Below are positions 19,464-28,693 of a stretch of 64,000 nt of DNA, in pieces. The DNA is from Nitrospirota bacterium. Its GTDB lineage: Bacteria; Nitrospirota; Thermodesulfovibrionia; SZUA-242. The notes under the pieces were generated by a model that worked only from the letters and a program-made list of their open reading frames with translations, was not told the origin of the DNA and did not search any database. The translations under genes and the position numbers were made by a program. Location: NCBI GenBank assembly GCA_016212095.1, contig JACRHH010000035.1, positions 77,948 to 141,947 on the forward strand, written 5' to 3'. Numbering within the stretch: the stretch's first letter is position 1; each line of letters opens with the position of its first letter.

Positions 19464-20003
19464 CTAGAAGGCAAAGTCCAGCGTAAGCGAAAATGAATAG
19501 AGCGGCGTATCCGAGCCGCCTTCCTTCTTTGTTTCCACAAGCACAACGTTGTTTAACAGCTTCGAGCTCTTGAGGCTGTCGATATAGTTCACGATCTCGG
19601 CGTTCGAGAAGCTTTTGCCGACGACCTTGATCTGCCAGTTCGATTCATCGAGTGTCTCAAGCCATATTCCGTCCGTAAGGCGCCCCCCGATTTCATTGAG
19701 GAGGATGACAGGCGCGTTCTGGCTCTTTCCGAGCCGCTCTATAATCCCTTTCTTGCGCTCGAAATCCTTGTTGTTCTCCTCGTAGTTTTTAACCTCCTGG
19801 ATCTTTTGATCCAGTTCGTCGAGCCGCTGCTGATTCTGCGCCCGGCGCGTGGTATATTGCTTGACCTTGTCTGCCAGATAGTAATGGCCGTAGGCAATGC
19901 CGATGCCTGAAACCGTCAGAAGCAGAACGGCCATGACCACAAAAAGCGGAACCTGGGCCGGTTTTTTCTTCCGCTTGACCGACAGAAGGTTTATGCGGAT
20001 CAT
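19464..20003 (-). CDS. pilN: Type IV pilus alignment protein PilN
   Basis: MIRINLL N-terminal motif, TM, coiled coil. Confidence 0.92.
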   Translation of the reverse strand: MIRINLLSVKRKKKPAQVPLFVVMAVLLLTVSGIGIAYGHYYLADKVKQYTTRRAQNQQRLDELDQKIQEVKNYEENNKDFERKKGIIERLGKSQNAPVILLNEIGGRLTDGIWLETLDESNWQIKVVGKSFSNAEIVNYIDSLKSSKLLNNVVLVETKKEGGSDTPLYSFSLTLDFAF

Positions 20004-21085
20004 CTGTCGTTCAGTCTCCTGATTGCAAGCCCCAGAACAATAAGAAGCTGCGGCGCGGAGGCTGTGAGCATGTCCTTGTCGAGGCCGCGCGCAATGCTTA
20101 TGTTGCGGAACGGATCCATTATTTCCACAGGTATTCCGGTGATCTCCGTAACCCTCTGCGGAAACCCTTTCATTAGCGTGCAGCCGCCAGAAAGCATGAC
20201 CTTCTGGACGCTTTCGTGCATGAATGTGCCGCGGAAATAGTCTAGCGAGCGCGATATTTCGTTTATGATGTCGTCGGATGAGCTTTGGAGCGCCGCTTCG
20301 GCTTCATCAACTGCGATGCCGTCAACCGTGCCGCCGTGCTTCAGGCGCTCGGCCTCCTCGAAGGTGATTCCGAGTTCCTTCTGTATGGTTTCGGTTTGTA
20401 TGTCGCTTCCGACCGCGCTGTCGCGGGTGAAAACGCTGATTCCGCCCTTCAATATGTTCAGCGTGATGCGGCTTGCGCCCACGTTCACAAGCGCGATGTT
20501 CATGTCCGGCACGATGTCGTAGTTGACTTCGTAGGCGTTTTCGAGCGCGAACGCGTCCACGTCAACTATGGCCGGAACCAGACCGGCCTCCTGAACAACA
20601 GACACGTATTCGTTGATTTTGTCCTTTTTTACCGCAACCAGTATCACTTCCATCTGGCCGGGCGCCTCGGTGGGGCCCAGAATGTGAAAGTCGAGATTGA
20701 CATCCTCGATGTCGAAGGGGATGTACTGCTCGGCCTCGAAACGGATAGACTCCTGAAGCTCCTCCTCGGTCATTTCAGGAATAGTGATCCGCTTGATGAT
20801 GACGGATGAATGTCCAGATACCGAGATGGTTGCATTTCTCGTTTTGACGCCGAGCATCTGATGAAGAGTCTTGATTCCCTCCACGACGCGCAACGAATCG
20901 AGAATTGCTCCATCGACGATAAGCTCCGGCTCTATCGGAAGCATGGCGAAACGTTCAAGCGTGAAACCACGCGACGAATCGCGAACCTGCATGGCCTTCA
21001 TATAGCGTGCGCCTATGTCGAGGCCTATTATGTCCTGCCCCTTGAAGAGAGAAAGCCTGTCGCCAATTGCCTTAAGAAATGACAT
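20000..21085 (-). CDS. pilM: Type IV pilus actin-like protein PilM
   Basis: IGLDIG, EAEQYIPF, VDVDAFALEN, LSGG, GLAIR. Confidence 0.95.
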   Translation of the reverse strand: MSFLKAIGDRLSLFKGQDIIGLDIGARYMKAMQVRDSSRGFTLERFAMLPIEPELIVDGAILDSLRVVEGIKTLHQMLGVKTRNATISVSGHSSVIIKRITIPEMTEEELQESIRFEAEQYIPFDIEDVNLDFHILGPTEAPGQMEVILVAVKKDKINEYVSVVQEAGLVPAIVDVDAFALENAYEVNYDIVPDMNIALVNVGASRITLNILKGGISVFTRDSAVGSDIQTETIQKELGITFEEAERLKHGGTVDGIAVDEAEAALQSSSDDIINEISRSLDYFRGTFMHESVQKVMLSGGCTLMKGFPQRVTEITGIPVEIMDPFRNISIARGLDKDMLTASAPQLLIVLGLAIRRLNDR

Positions 21086-21091
21086 AGGGAA

Positions 21092-21120
21092 CTATTAGCA
21101 AAACGACCTTTCTTTGTCAA
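21092..21120 (-). promoter_or_regulatory. Candidate sigma70 promoter of pilMNOPQ
   Basis: TTGACA-N17-TAATAG ending 6 nt before the pilM ATG; perfect -35, imperfect -10. Confidence 0.4.
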
Positions 21121-21276
21121 GATATTTCTTTTTTTGAAACAATCTGTTACGCGATTCTCTTAAAGGGTTCCTTCATGTTATGGAAAGCCCCTCCCGATCA
21201 TGCTGCCGGCTTTCTTTAGTCTTTGCCGCCGGTTTATTTATTATAATAGATGCCTGATGAAAATATCGCGCAAAAA

Positions 21277-22977
21277 ATGATACGCATACACCGCCTGCCG
21301 CTTGACGTCCAGAACCGCATAGCCGCCGGCGAGGTTGTGGAGCGCCCTGCTTCGGTTGTGAAGGAGCTGGTTGAAAACTCGGTTGACGCCGGAGCCTCCC
21401 GGATACGAATAGACCTAACCGCCGCCGGACGAAGGATGATCGCCATCGCCGACGACGGGACAGGCATGAGCCCGGAAGACGCCAGGCTTTCGCTCGAACG
21501 CTTCGCCACCAGCAAGATTTCGAACTCCGACGATCTTTTCGGCGTCTCGACGCTCGGATTCCGTGGCGAGGCGCTTGCCGCCATTTCGGCGGTTTCGCGC
21601 TTCACACTGATTACGGCGGAGCGCGGCGCAACCGCCGGAATACGCATATCGGTTGACGGCGGAACTATCTCCGACGAGCGTCCGGCGCCGCCGTCGGCTG
21701 GAACCGTGATCGAGGTTCGCGATCTTTTCTTCAACACGCCTGCCAGGCTGAAGTTCATGAAGTCCGAACCAACCGAGCTGTGGCGGGCGGCTGAGGCTGT
21801 GACCGAACGCGCGCTGGCGAACCCGAACATCGCTTTCAAGCTTGTAAACAACAGCAGCGCGCTTTTCGATCTTCCAGCCGCCGCGTCTTTAAACGACAGG
21901 ATAATTGATCTTTTCGGCGGCGAATTTGCCGACAGCCTGAAACCTGTGGAATACGCGGGCGCGGGCGTGAGCATCCGTGGCGTGGTGTCGATGCGGGAGC
22001 ATCATGCCACCAGGCGGCAGCAGTATCTGTTCGTAAACGGGAGGCCGGTTAGAAACGCCGCAGCCACGCAGCCGGTTTACCGCGCAATGCGCGGGCGCAT
22101 TCCTGACGGCAGGCATCCGGTGTTCATCCTGTTTGTCGAAGTTCCGGGAGACCAGGTCGATGTGAACGTTCACCCGACAAAGCAGGAGGTGCGATTCGCG
22201 CGGCCTGACGTTGTTGTGCAGGCGATGCACAGGTGTTTCGGGGGGGAATTCACGTCATCTGCCAAGGCAGATGAGACCGATCCATTCCATAAGTCGTATC
22301 CATCCCATTATTCCCATCAGACCGAACAACCCGCGCATGTCGCCGAAACAACAACTCTTTTCGGCGCAAGCTCCGGCTTGTTGGCCGAAGAGTTCGACAC
22401 ATTGCCTCCGGCGCGCCGGTTCATGCGCCTTGGCGGCCCCTTCATCGCCTTCCCGGAAGAAGGCGGCATCACCATAGTCGATTTCCACGCGGCCCACGAG
22501 CGGGTGCTTTACGAAAAGCTGATGTCGCGCAGTCCGGTTTCCGTGCCTTTTCTCATCCCGCTCACAGTTGAATTGCCGAGGGCGGCTGCCGGAATTCTGG
22601 CCGAAAACCTCGATCTTCTTGCCGGATTCGCCATGGAGGCGGAACCCTTCGGGCCGCATTCGTTCGTTGTCCGAGCCGCGCCGCCGGAACTCAAGCGTGA
22701 GCAAACGCAGGCGTTGCTGAACGATCTGGCTGGGCTTCTGGCCGGATTCACGGCTGACGCCGATGCCGGCGGCGGCAACGGGCTTCGCAGCGAGGCGGCG
22801 GCGCGTATCGCTTGCCACGAGGCTTTCCGTTCCGGCGACGCGATAAGCGATAACGACATCGAAGGCCTTCTGTCGCGGCTTGCTCCCTGTGAGCGGCCCG
22901 ACATCTGTCCGCACGGCAGGCCCACGACGATTAGGCTCTCCGGAAAAGACCTCTTCCGAATGTTCAAGCGCGCCTAA
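21277..22977 (+). CDS. mutL: DNA mismatch repair endonuclease MutL
   Basis: IAAGEVVERPASVVKELVENS, GFRGEAL, DVNVHPTK, DFHAAHER, CPHGRP; alternative start 21250. Confidence 0.95.
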   Translation: MIRIHRLPLDVQNRIAAGEVVERPASVVKELVENSVDAGASRIRIDLTAAGRRMIAIADDGTGMSPEDARLSLERFATSKISNSDDLFGVSTLGFRGEALAAISAVSRFTLITAERGATAGIRISVDGGTISDERPAPPSAGTVIEVRDLFFNTPARLKFMKSEPTELWRAAEAVTERALANPNIAFKLVNNSSALFDLPAAASLNDRIIDLFGGEFADSLKPVEYAGAGVSIRGVVSMREHHATRRQQYLFVNGRPVRNAAATQPVYRAMRGRIPDGRHPVFILFVEVPGDQVDVNVHPTKQEVRFARPDVVVQAMHRCFGGEFTSSAKADETDPFHKSYPSHYSHQTEQPAHVAETTTLFGASSGLLAEEFDTLPPARRFMRLGGPFIAFPEEGGITIVDFHAAHERVLYEKLMSRSPVSVPFLIPLTVELPRAAAGILAENLDLLAGFAMEAEPFGPHSFVVRAAPPELKREQTQALLNDLAGLLAGFTADADAGGGNGLRSEAAARIACHEAFRSGDAISDNDIEGLLSRLAPCERPDICPHGRPTTIRLSGKDLFRMFKRA

Positions 22978-22993
22978 GATCGAAAGTGGGTAA

Positions 22994-23914
22994 GTGCCGG
23001 ATAACACGGTAATAATCCTCTGCGGGCCGACAGCCGTCGGCAAAACGGCGTTGTCGGTTGCGCTTGCGCGCAGAATTAACGCTGAAATCATCTGCGCCGA
23101 TTCGATGGTTGTGTACCGGGGCATGGACATCGGCACGGCCAAGCCGTCGCCGGATGAGCAGGCCGACGTTCCGCACCATCTGATAGATGTCGCCGATCCC
23201 TCCGAAACATTCAGCGCGGCCAAGTTCCTTGCGCTGGCAACAGCCGCCATCGATGACATTGCTGCGCGCGGCAGGCTTCCGCTGGTTGCGGGCGGAACCG
23301 GCCTTTACGTAATGGCGCTCACCCACGGACTGCTCGACGCGCCTTCTAGCGATCCGGAAATTCTCTGTGCGCTGGAGCGGGAGGCGCGTGCATCCGGGCC
23401 GGAAGTCCTCCACCGCAGGCTTGCCGCAGTCGATCATGAATCCGCCCGTCGCATTCATTGCAAAGATGCAAAACGCATTGTCCGCGCCCTTGCCGTATGG
23501 ATGGAGCATGGAGTTACGATAAGCCGGTTGCAGGCCATGCAGCCGAAGCCTCCGCCTTATGATTTCATTCGAATTTGTCTGACCAGAGACCGCGCCGAGC
23601 TTTGCGCGCGCATAAACAGACGCGTGGATGAGATGATCGCCGACGGACTTGTGGATGAGACTCGACGCGTGATCGCAGGCGGCGCTTCGCGCTCAGCCAT
23701 GCAGGGGCTTGGCTACAAGGAAATTGGCGAATATCTCGCGGGCCGTGCCACGCTCGACGAAGCAGCAGAAATGATCCGCGCAAGAACGCGGCTATTTGCC
23801 AAACGTCAGATGACCTGGTTCCGGCGCGATACGTCCATGAGATTCGTTGACATCACCGGTCTGGTGCGCGCCGAAGAGATGCTTGCGGCTGTTCTTGACA
23901 ACGTCGCGGTCTAG
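22994..23914 (+). CDS. miaA: tRNA dimethylallyltransferase
   Basis: GPTAVGKT, DIGTAKP, GGTGLY, GLGYKE, AKRQMTWF. Confidence 0.96.
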   Translation: MPDNTVIILCGPTAVGKTALSVALARRINAEIICADSMVVYRGMDIGTAKPSPDEQADVPHHLIDVADPSETFSAAKFLALATAAIDDIAARGRLPLVAGGTGLYVMALTHGLLDAPSSDPEILCALEREARASGPEVLHRRLAAVDHESARRIHCKDAKRIVRALAVWMEHGVTISRLQAMQPKPPPYDFIRICLTRDRAELCARINRRVDEMIADGLVDETRRVIAGGASRSAMQGLGYKEIGEYLAGRATLDEAAEMIRARTRLFAKRQMTWFRRDTSMRFVDITGLVRAEEMLAAVLDNVAV

Positions 23915-24124
23915 GCTAAGATTGAGTTTCATGAGGCAATCGCGGCTGGGGTGACCGCTTGTTTCACATGAATTTTTTTATTGCCTGCGGCGTTGAGGTT
24001 GTATTATCGTATCACCCACGCCTCAAGTTGTGTGCGGGCCGCGTTTCGCCGCGACAGTCTTCATTCTTTTCAATGCTGTTATACGGCGGCATGAGCCGCC
24101 GCCAATAAGATGCAAGGAGGGCTT

Positions 24125-25411
24125 ATGAAGTTGTCAAAAGCTGCCCTTCTTCTTCTGGCTATCGCGCTGCCGGTTTCGGCGGGCGCGGCAGAGGAGAAGA
24201 AGGCAAAAACGGTCGATGAACTGGCCAGCATGTATGATGTGTCATCGTGCAAGACCTGTCATCCCCAGGTTTACGAGGAATGGGAGAAGTCGATTCACGC
24301 CCGTTCACTCATCGGAACGCCACGAACAATGGCCACGATCAAGACGGCCATCACCGACGGCATGATGAAGGAGTGGACAAAGTCCGGTGTCAAGGAAGTC
24401 AAGGACATCAAGGTTGAGCACATGTGGGCGTGCCTCAAGTGCCACCTCCCGCAACTAAAGGATGCAACCGATGACGTTGCCCGCGAGATCGCCAAGGCGG
24501 TGCTCGACGGCGATGAGGACACGCTTGAGAAGGTGAACATCAACTGCCTTGTCTGTCACAACATGAAGGCGCTCACCCATAAGTGGGTAGATGGTGAGCC
24601 GGAAAAGAATGTCGTGTACGGCACAAAGGACGGTTCGCACGCGGACAGGGCGTTCAAGTCCCTCAAGAAGAGCCCGATCATGCAGGAGTCTATCCTGTGC
24701 GGCCAGTGCCACGGACTCGGCCCCAATTTCGATCTTGCGGAGCCGACGCAGTGCGCCACGCTCTACGGCAGTTACCTGCACGCCTATGTGCCTTCCGGCG
24801 GTTCAGAAACCTGCCAGGATTGCCACATGAAGAACAACAAGAAGGGACATCTGATGCCTGCCTACCGCGATCCGGATCAGGCAAAGAGCGCGGTTGATGT
24901 TGATGTAAGCACAATGTCTTACTATTTCCTTCCGAAGGCCGGGGATTCGGTGCCGACAGCGGTTGTGACGGTCAAGATGACCAGCAACGCCGGACACCGC
25001 ATCCCCGATGGCTGACCGTCTCCGAACCGAGTGGTCCTGGATGTGACCGCAAAAACCAAAGACGGCAAAGAGGTATTCAACGCTTCCAAGATTTACATGC
25101 CCCAGTCGCCGGGATACGGCAGGGGCGACAAGATGGCCTACGGCCCGTTCCGCAAGTCCGGAATGCTCCGCGACACCAGCCTTCAGCCGGGCCAGACCCG
25201 CACCGAAACATTCGAGATCAAGTTCCCGTATGAGGACGTGAAGAAGGACGAAAAGACGACCGTTCGCAATGTGATGGCCAAGGAGATGGATGTGACTGTG
25301 AAGCTCATGCATCTGCCCGCCGGCGGCGATCACCGCGACGACGAGAAAGTGCCTGTGAACAAGGGCAAGTACATGTTCTACGAAGGCACGAAGACAGTTA
25401 AACTCAAGTAG
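24125..25411 (+). CDS. extKL: ExtKL-type pentaheme cytochrome c selenoprotein (in-frame TGA 25013-25015 read as Sec)
   Basis: AAGGAGG RBS, signal peptide, five CxxCH (CKTCH, CLKCH, CLVCH, CGQCH, CQDCH); frame continues GHRIPDG-TGA-PSPNRVVLDV into ORF 25031-25411; SECIS-like hairpin follows. Confidence 0.85.
25031..25050 (+). promoter_or_regulatory. Candidate bacterial SECIS element
   Basis: GUGGUC-CUGGAUGU-GACCGC 6-bp stem with G-containing loop, starting 16 nt after the UGA. Confidence 0.65.
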
Positions 25412-25424
25412 TAGTCAATATCTC

Positions 25425-25451
25425 GCAGGGGCGGATTGATTCCGCCCCTGC
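25425..25451. terminator. Hairpin after the cytochrome gene (terminator or REP-like)
   Basis: GCAGGGGCGGA-TTGAT-TCCGCCCCTGC perfect 11-bp stem; weak U tract. Confidence 0.55.
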
Positions 25452-25462
25452 AACACCTTTCC

Positions 25463-25491
25463 TTGAACATGATACCGTCATGTGATACTAT
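25463..25491 (+). promoter_or_regulatory. sigma70 promoter of hicAB with palindromic operator in the spacer
   Basis: TTGAAC-N17-TACTAT; ACATGA-N5-TCATGT at 25467-25483. Confidence 0.65.
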
Positions 25492-25497
25492 TCACCT

Positions 25498-25752
25498 GTG
25501 AACAGCAGCCACCGAAAAACATTGCAGGCGGTTTTTTCTGAGCCGACGCAGTCGGGTATTCCGTGGAAAGACATCGAGGCGTTGATCTTGGCCGCGGGCG
25601 CAGTCCGGTCGGAAGGCTCCGGTTCACGGGTTCGCTTTCTTCTGAACGGCGTGCCGGGCGTTTTTCACCGTCCGCATCCGCGCAAGGAGACGAACAAGGG
25701 CGCTGTGGAGTCTGTGCGGAAATTCCTTAAAGACGCGGGAGTAGAGCCATGA
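25498..25752 (+). CDS. hicA: HicA family toxin
   Basis: IPWKDIEAL, EGSGSRVRF, FHRPHP. Confidence 0.9.
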   Translation: MNSSHRKTLQAVFSEPTQSGIPWKDIEALILAAGAVRSEGSGSRVRFLLNGVPGVFHRPHPRKETNKGAVESVRKFLKDAGVEP

Positions 25753-26081
25753 TGGAGTACAAGGGATATTACGGTGTAGTGCGGTTCGATGATGACGCCG
25801 AAATTTTTCACGGCGATGTCCTGCTTGCAAGAGGGGCGGTAACGTTTCAGGGTGAAACAGTAGCGGAACTCAAGCAGGCTTTTATGGATTCGGTTGACGA
25901 GTATCTGTCATTCTGCAATGAATCCGGAATCGAACCGGAGAAGCCTTTCTCCGGTCGGCTTGTGCTCCGCATGAAGCCGGAGTTGCACAGGGCAATCGCG
26001 GTTGCGGCGAAACGCGCCAACAAAAGCCTTAACGAGCTTATCACGCGAAAGCTTGAGGAGGAATTCGGCATCGCAGCCTGA
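25749..26081 (+). CDS. hicB: HicB family antitoxin
   Basis: MEYKGY, FQGETVAEL, SVDEYL, PEKPFSG, RHH C-terminus. Confidence 0.92.
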   Translation: MMEYKGYYGVVRFDDDAEIFHGDVLLARGAVTFQGETVAELKQAFMDSVDEYLSFCNESGIEPEKPFSGRLVLRMKPELHRAIAVAAKRANKSLNELITRKLEEEFGIAA

Positions 26082-26107
26082 CATTCCCCCCACAGCAAGC
26101 CTCCCGC

Positions 26108-28390
26108 CTATACTCCCGCCTCTTCCTTGTGTCCGCATTCCTTGATGCGGCAGGCATACGAAAGCCTGTTGTCCTTCGACCATCGCTCCAGCATGAACGG
26201 CGCGTTGCACTTGGGGCACGGCTTTGGAACCGGCCTGCTCCAGACGGCGAACTTGCATTCCGGATAGTTCGAGCAACTGTAGAAAGAGCGTCCGCCGCGC
26301 CCCCTTCGCTCCACCAGCTCGCCGCCGTCTTCCGGGCATTGAACCCCGGTCTTGAGCGGCTTGGTGGCCTTGCAATCCGGATACCCGGAACAGGCCAGGA
26401 ACTTGCCGAACTTGCCGGTGCGAAGAAGCATTGGCTTGCCGCACTTGTCGCAGACCTCGTCGGTCTGCTCCGGTTCCGGCCGTGCCGCCTGCGCCTCACC
26501 GGCAAGCGGCTTGGCGTTCTTGCAGTCGGGGTAGCCGGTGCAGGCGATGAACCTGCCGTGACGCCCCCATCGCTCCACCATCGGCTTGCCGCACTTGTCG
26601 CAGACCTCGCCCGTTTCCTTGTCCTCAGGCTTCACGCGCTTGATCTCGCCGGCCTTTTCCAGCTTTTCGCTGAACGGGCCGTAGAAATCCTTCACAACAT
26701 CCACCCACTTCATGGTGCCTTCCTCGACAAGATCGAGCTCGTTTTCCATGCGCGCGGTGAAGTCGTAATCGATAAGCTCGGCGAAATGGCCCACGAGCAT
26801 GTCGTTGACCACAACCCCCAGCTCGGTTGGCGCAAACCGGCCTTCCTTCTTCTCTACGTATTTCCTGTCCTGAATGGTGGAGATGATCGCGGCGTAGGTG
26901 CTTGGCCGTCCAATGCCCTTTTCCTCAAGCTCCTTCACGATTGTCGCCTCTGTAAATCGCGGCGGCGGCTGTGTGAAGTGCTGTTTTGGCTCTATCGACA
27001 GCGCTTCCAGCTTCGCTCCCTCTGAAAGCGCTGGAAGCACGCCCTCTTTGTTCTCGTCATCCTCGTTGGCCGCCTCGTCACGCCCTTCGGTGTAGATGGT
27101 CATGAAGCCGGGGAAACGCACAACCGTACCCGCGGCGCGGAAGGTGTAGTCGCCGGAATCGATGTCGAACGCGGTCTGATCCAGCACCGCCGGAGCCATC
27201 TGGCTCGCAAGAAAGCGGTTCCAGATGAGGGTGTAGAGCTTCTGCTGGTCGCGGGTCAGATGCGGTTTCACGGAATCTGGATCGCGCATGACGGATGTGG
27301 GACGCACCGCTTCGTGGCCCTCCTGCGCTCCCTTGCCGGACTTGTAGACAGGCGGCTTTTGCGGCAGATACGGCTTGCCGTATTTCGTTTCGATAAACTC
27401 GCGCGCCTCGGTTTTTGCCTCGTCGGCCACGCGGACAGAGTCTGTTCTCATGTAGGTGATGATACCGACGGCTCCTTCGGTTCCAAGCTCCACGCCCTCG
27501 TAGAGCTGCTGGGCCAGCATCATCGTCTTTTTCGCGCCGAAGCCGAGCTTTCGCGCCGACTCCTGCTGAAGCTTGCTTGTGGTAAACGGCGCAGCCGGAT
27601 TGCGCTTGCGCTCCTTGCGCTCGATCTTCGAAAGAACGAACTGTCCTGCCGCGCGTATTCCGTCAAGCGCGCCGTTGACAATTTCCTCGTTCGGAAGCTC
27701 TAACTTTCTGCCAAGGTATTTGGCAAGCTTCGCCTCGAACGCGGGCGGTTCCGCGCCCTGCAACCGCGCGGTTACGCTCCAGTATTCTTCGGCGTTGAAC
27801 GCCGTTATTTCTCGCTCGCGGTCAACCACCATCTTTACCGCAACCGACTGCACGCGGCCTGCCGACAGCCCGCGACGGACTTTTCGCCAGAGAAGCGGGC
27901 TCAGGTTGTATCCGACAAGCCTGTCCAGAACGCGCCGGGCCTGCTGCGCCTCAACCCTGTCCATGTTGATCCGTCCCGGATGCTTCATCGCCTCCAGAAT
28001 GGCATCTTTGGTGATCTCGTTGAAGGTGACGCGGAAAACGTTGTCGTTCTTCGCGCCGATTTCTTCGGCGATATGCCACGCGATGGCCTCTCCCTCGCGG
28101 TCGGGGTCAGGGCAGAGATAGATTGCGTCGGATTTCTTCGCGAGCGAGCGCAGGCCGCCGATAACCTCTTCCTTGCCCTTGATGACAACGTAATCGGGCG
28201 CAAAGCCGTTTTCGATGTCTATGCCGATCTTGCCGCTCGGCAGATCGCGTACATGGCCAACCGAAGCCTTGACCACATATTCGGAGCCCAGAAACTTGTT
28301 TATGGTCTTCGCCTTCGCGGGCGATTCCACGATAACGAGCGATTTGGCCCGCCCGGCCTTTTCCTTAGTGCCAGTTGATTTCGTGTCCAT
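26108..28390 (-). CDS. topA: DNA topoisomerase I with three C-terminal Zn ribbons
   Basis: LVIVESPAKAKTI, DREGEAIAWH, SAGRVQS, ITYMRTDS, GIGRPSTY; start probably ATG 28390. Confidence 0.97.
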   Translation of the reverse strand: MDTKSTGTKEKAGRAKSLVIVESPAKAKTINKFLGSEYVVKASVGHVRDLPSGKIGIDIENGFAPDYVVIKGKEEVIGGLRSLAKKSDAIYLCPDPDREGEAIAWHIAEEIGAKNDNVFRVTFNEITKDAILEAMKHPGRINMDRVEAQQARRVLDRLVGYNLSPLLWRKVRRGLSAGRVQSVAVKMVVDREREITAFNAEEYWSVTARLQGAEPPAFEAKLAKYLGRKLELPNEEIVNGALDGIRAAGQFVLSKIERKERKRNPAAPFTTSKLQQESARKLGFGAKKTMMLAQQLYEGVELGTEGAVGIITYMRTDSVRVADEAKTEAREFIETKYGKPYLPQKPPVYKSGKGAQEGHEAVRPTSVMRDPDSVKPHLTRDQQKLYTLIWNRFLASQMAPAVLDQTAFDIDSGDYTFRAAGTVVRFPGFMTIYTEGRDEAANEDDENKEGVLPALSEGAKLEALSIEPKQHFTQPPPRFTEATIVKELEEKGIGRPSTYAAIISTIQDRKYVEKKEGRFAPTELGVVVNDMLVGHFAELIDYDFTARMENELDLVEEGTMKWVDVVKDFYGPFSEKLEKAGEIKRVKPEDKETGEVCDKCGKPMVERWGRHGRFIACTGYPDCKNAKPLAGEAQAARPEPEQTDEVCDKCGKPMLLRTGKFGKFLACSGYPDCKATKPLKTGVQCPEDGGELVERRGRGGRSFYSCSNYPECKFAVWSRPVPKPCPKCNAPFMLERWSKDNRLSYACRIKECGHKEEAGV

Positions 28391-28661
28391 CAGCAAATAG
28401 CAGGCTGCAGGTATAGTCCCTGTCGAAGCCAAACCCCCGTGTTAATATCAGGAACAGGATCGCCCGAATCCTGTCCAGTTCCGCGCCATCAAGCGTCGGG
28501 AACATGCTTTCAAGCGAGATGGAGGCATGACGCCTGATAAACTCCATCCGGGCCCGGTTCTGTATGAGCATACGGAGATGCTCCATATTCTCCGGCTGTA
28601 TCTCCTCAAAGTCCGTCTCGTTGGCGATCAGTTCGATCATGTCAAGTATCTTGGATGCCAA
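28365..28661 (-). CDS. Small protein at the Smg/DUF494 position between dprA and topA
   Basis: 98-aa ORF with GGAG RBS; synteny dprA-X-topA; sequence similarity to Smg not verified. Confidence 0.55.
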   Translation of the reverse strand: MASKILDMIELIANETDFEEIQPENMEHLRMLIQNRARMEFIRRHASISLESMFPTLDGAELDRIRAILFLILTRGFGFDRDYTCSLLFADGHEINWH

Positions 28662-28693
28662 TTATCTCCTCGCTCCGGATGTCCACCGCAAAG

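Noticed and set aside
24110..25411. Cytochrome as a pseudogene with a nonsense mutation, or as two separate genes
   Set aside because: The stop is TGA in a GHxxPDG-U-P context, followed by a SECIS-like hairpin; both halves are intact and in frame, and the second lacks an RBS and signal peptide.
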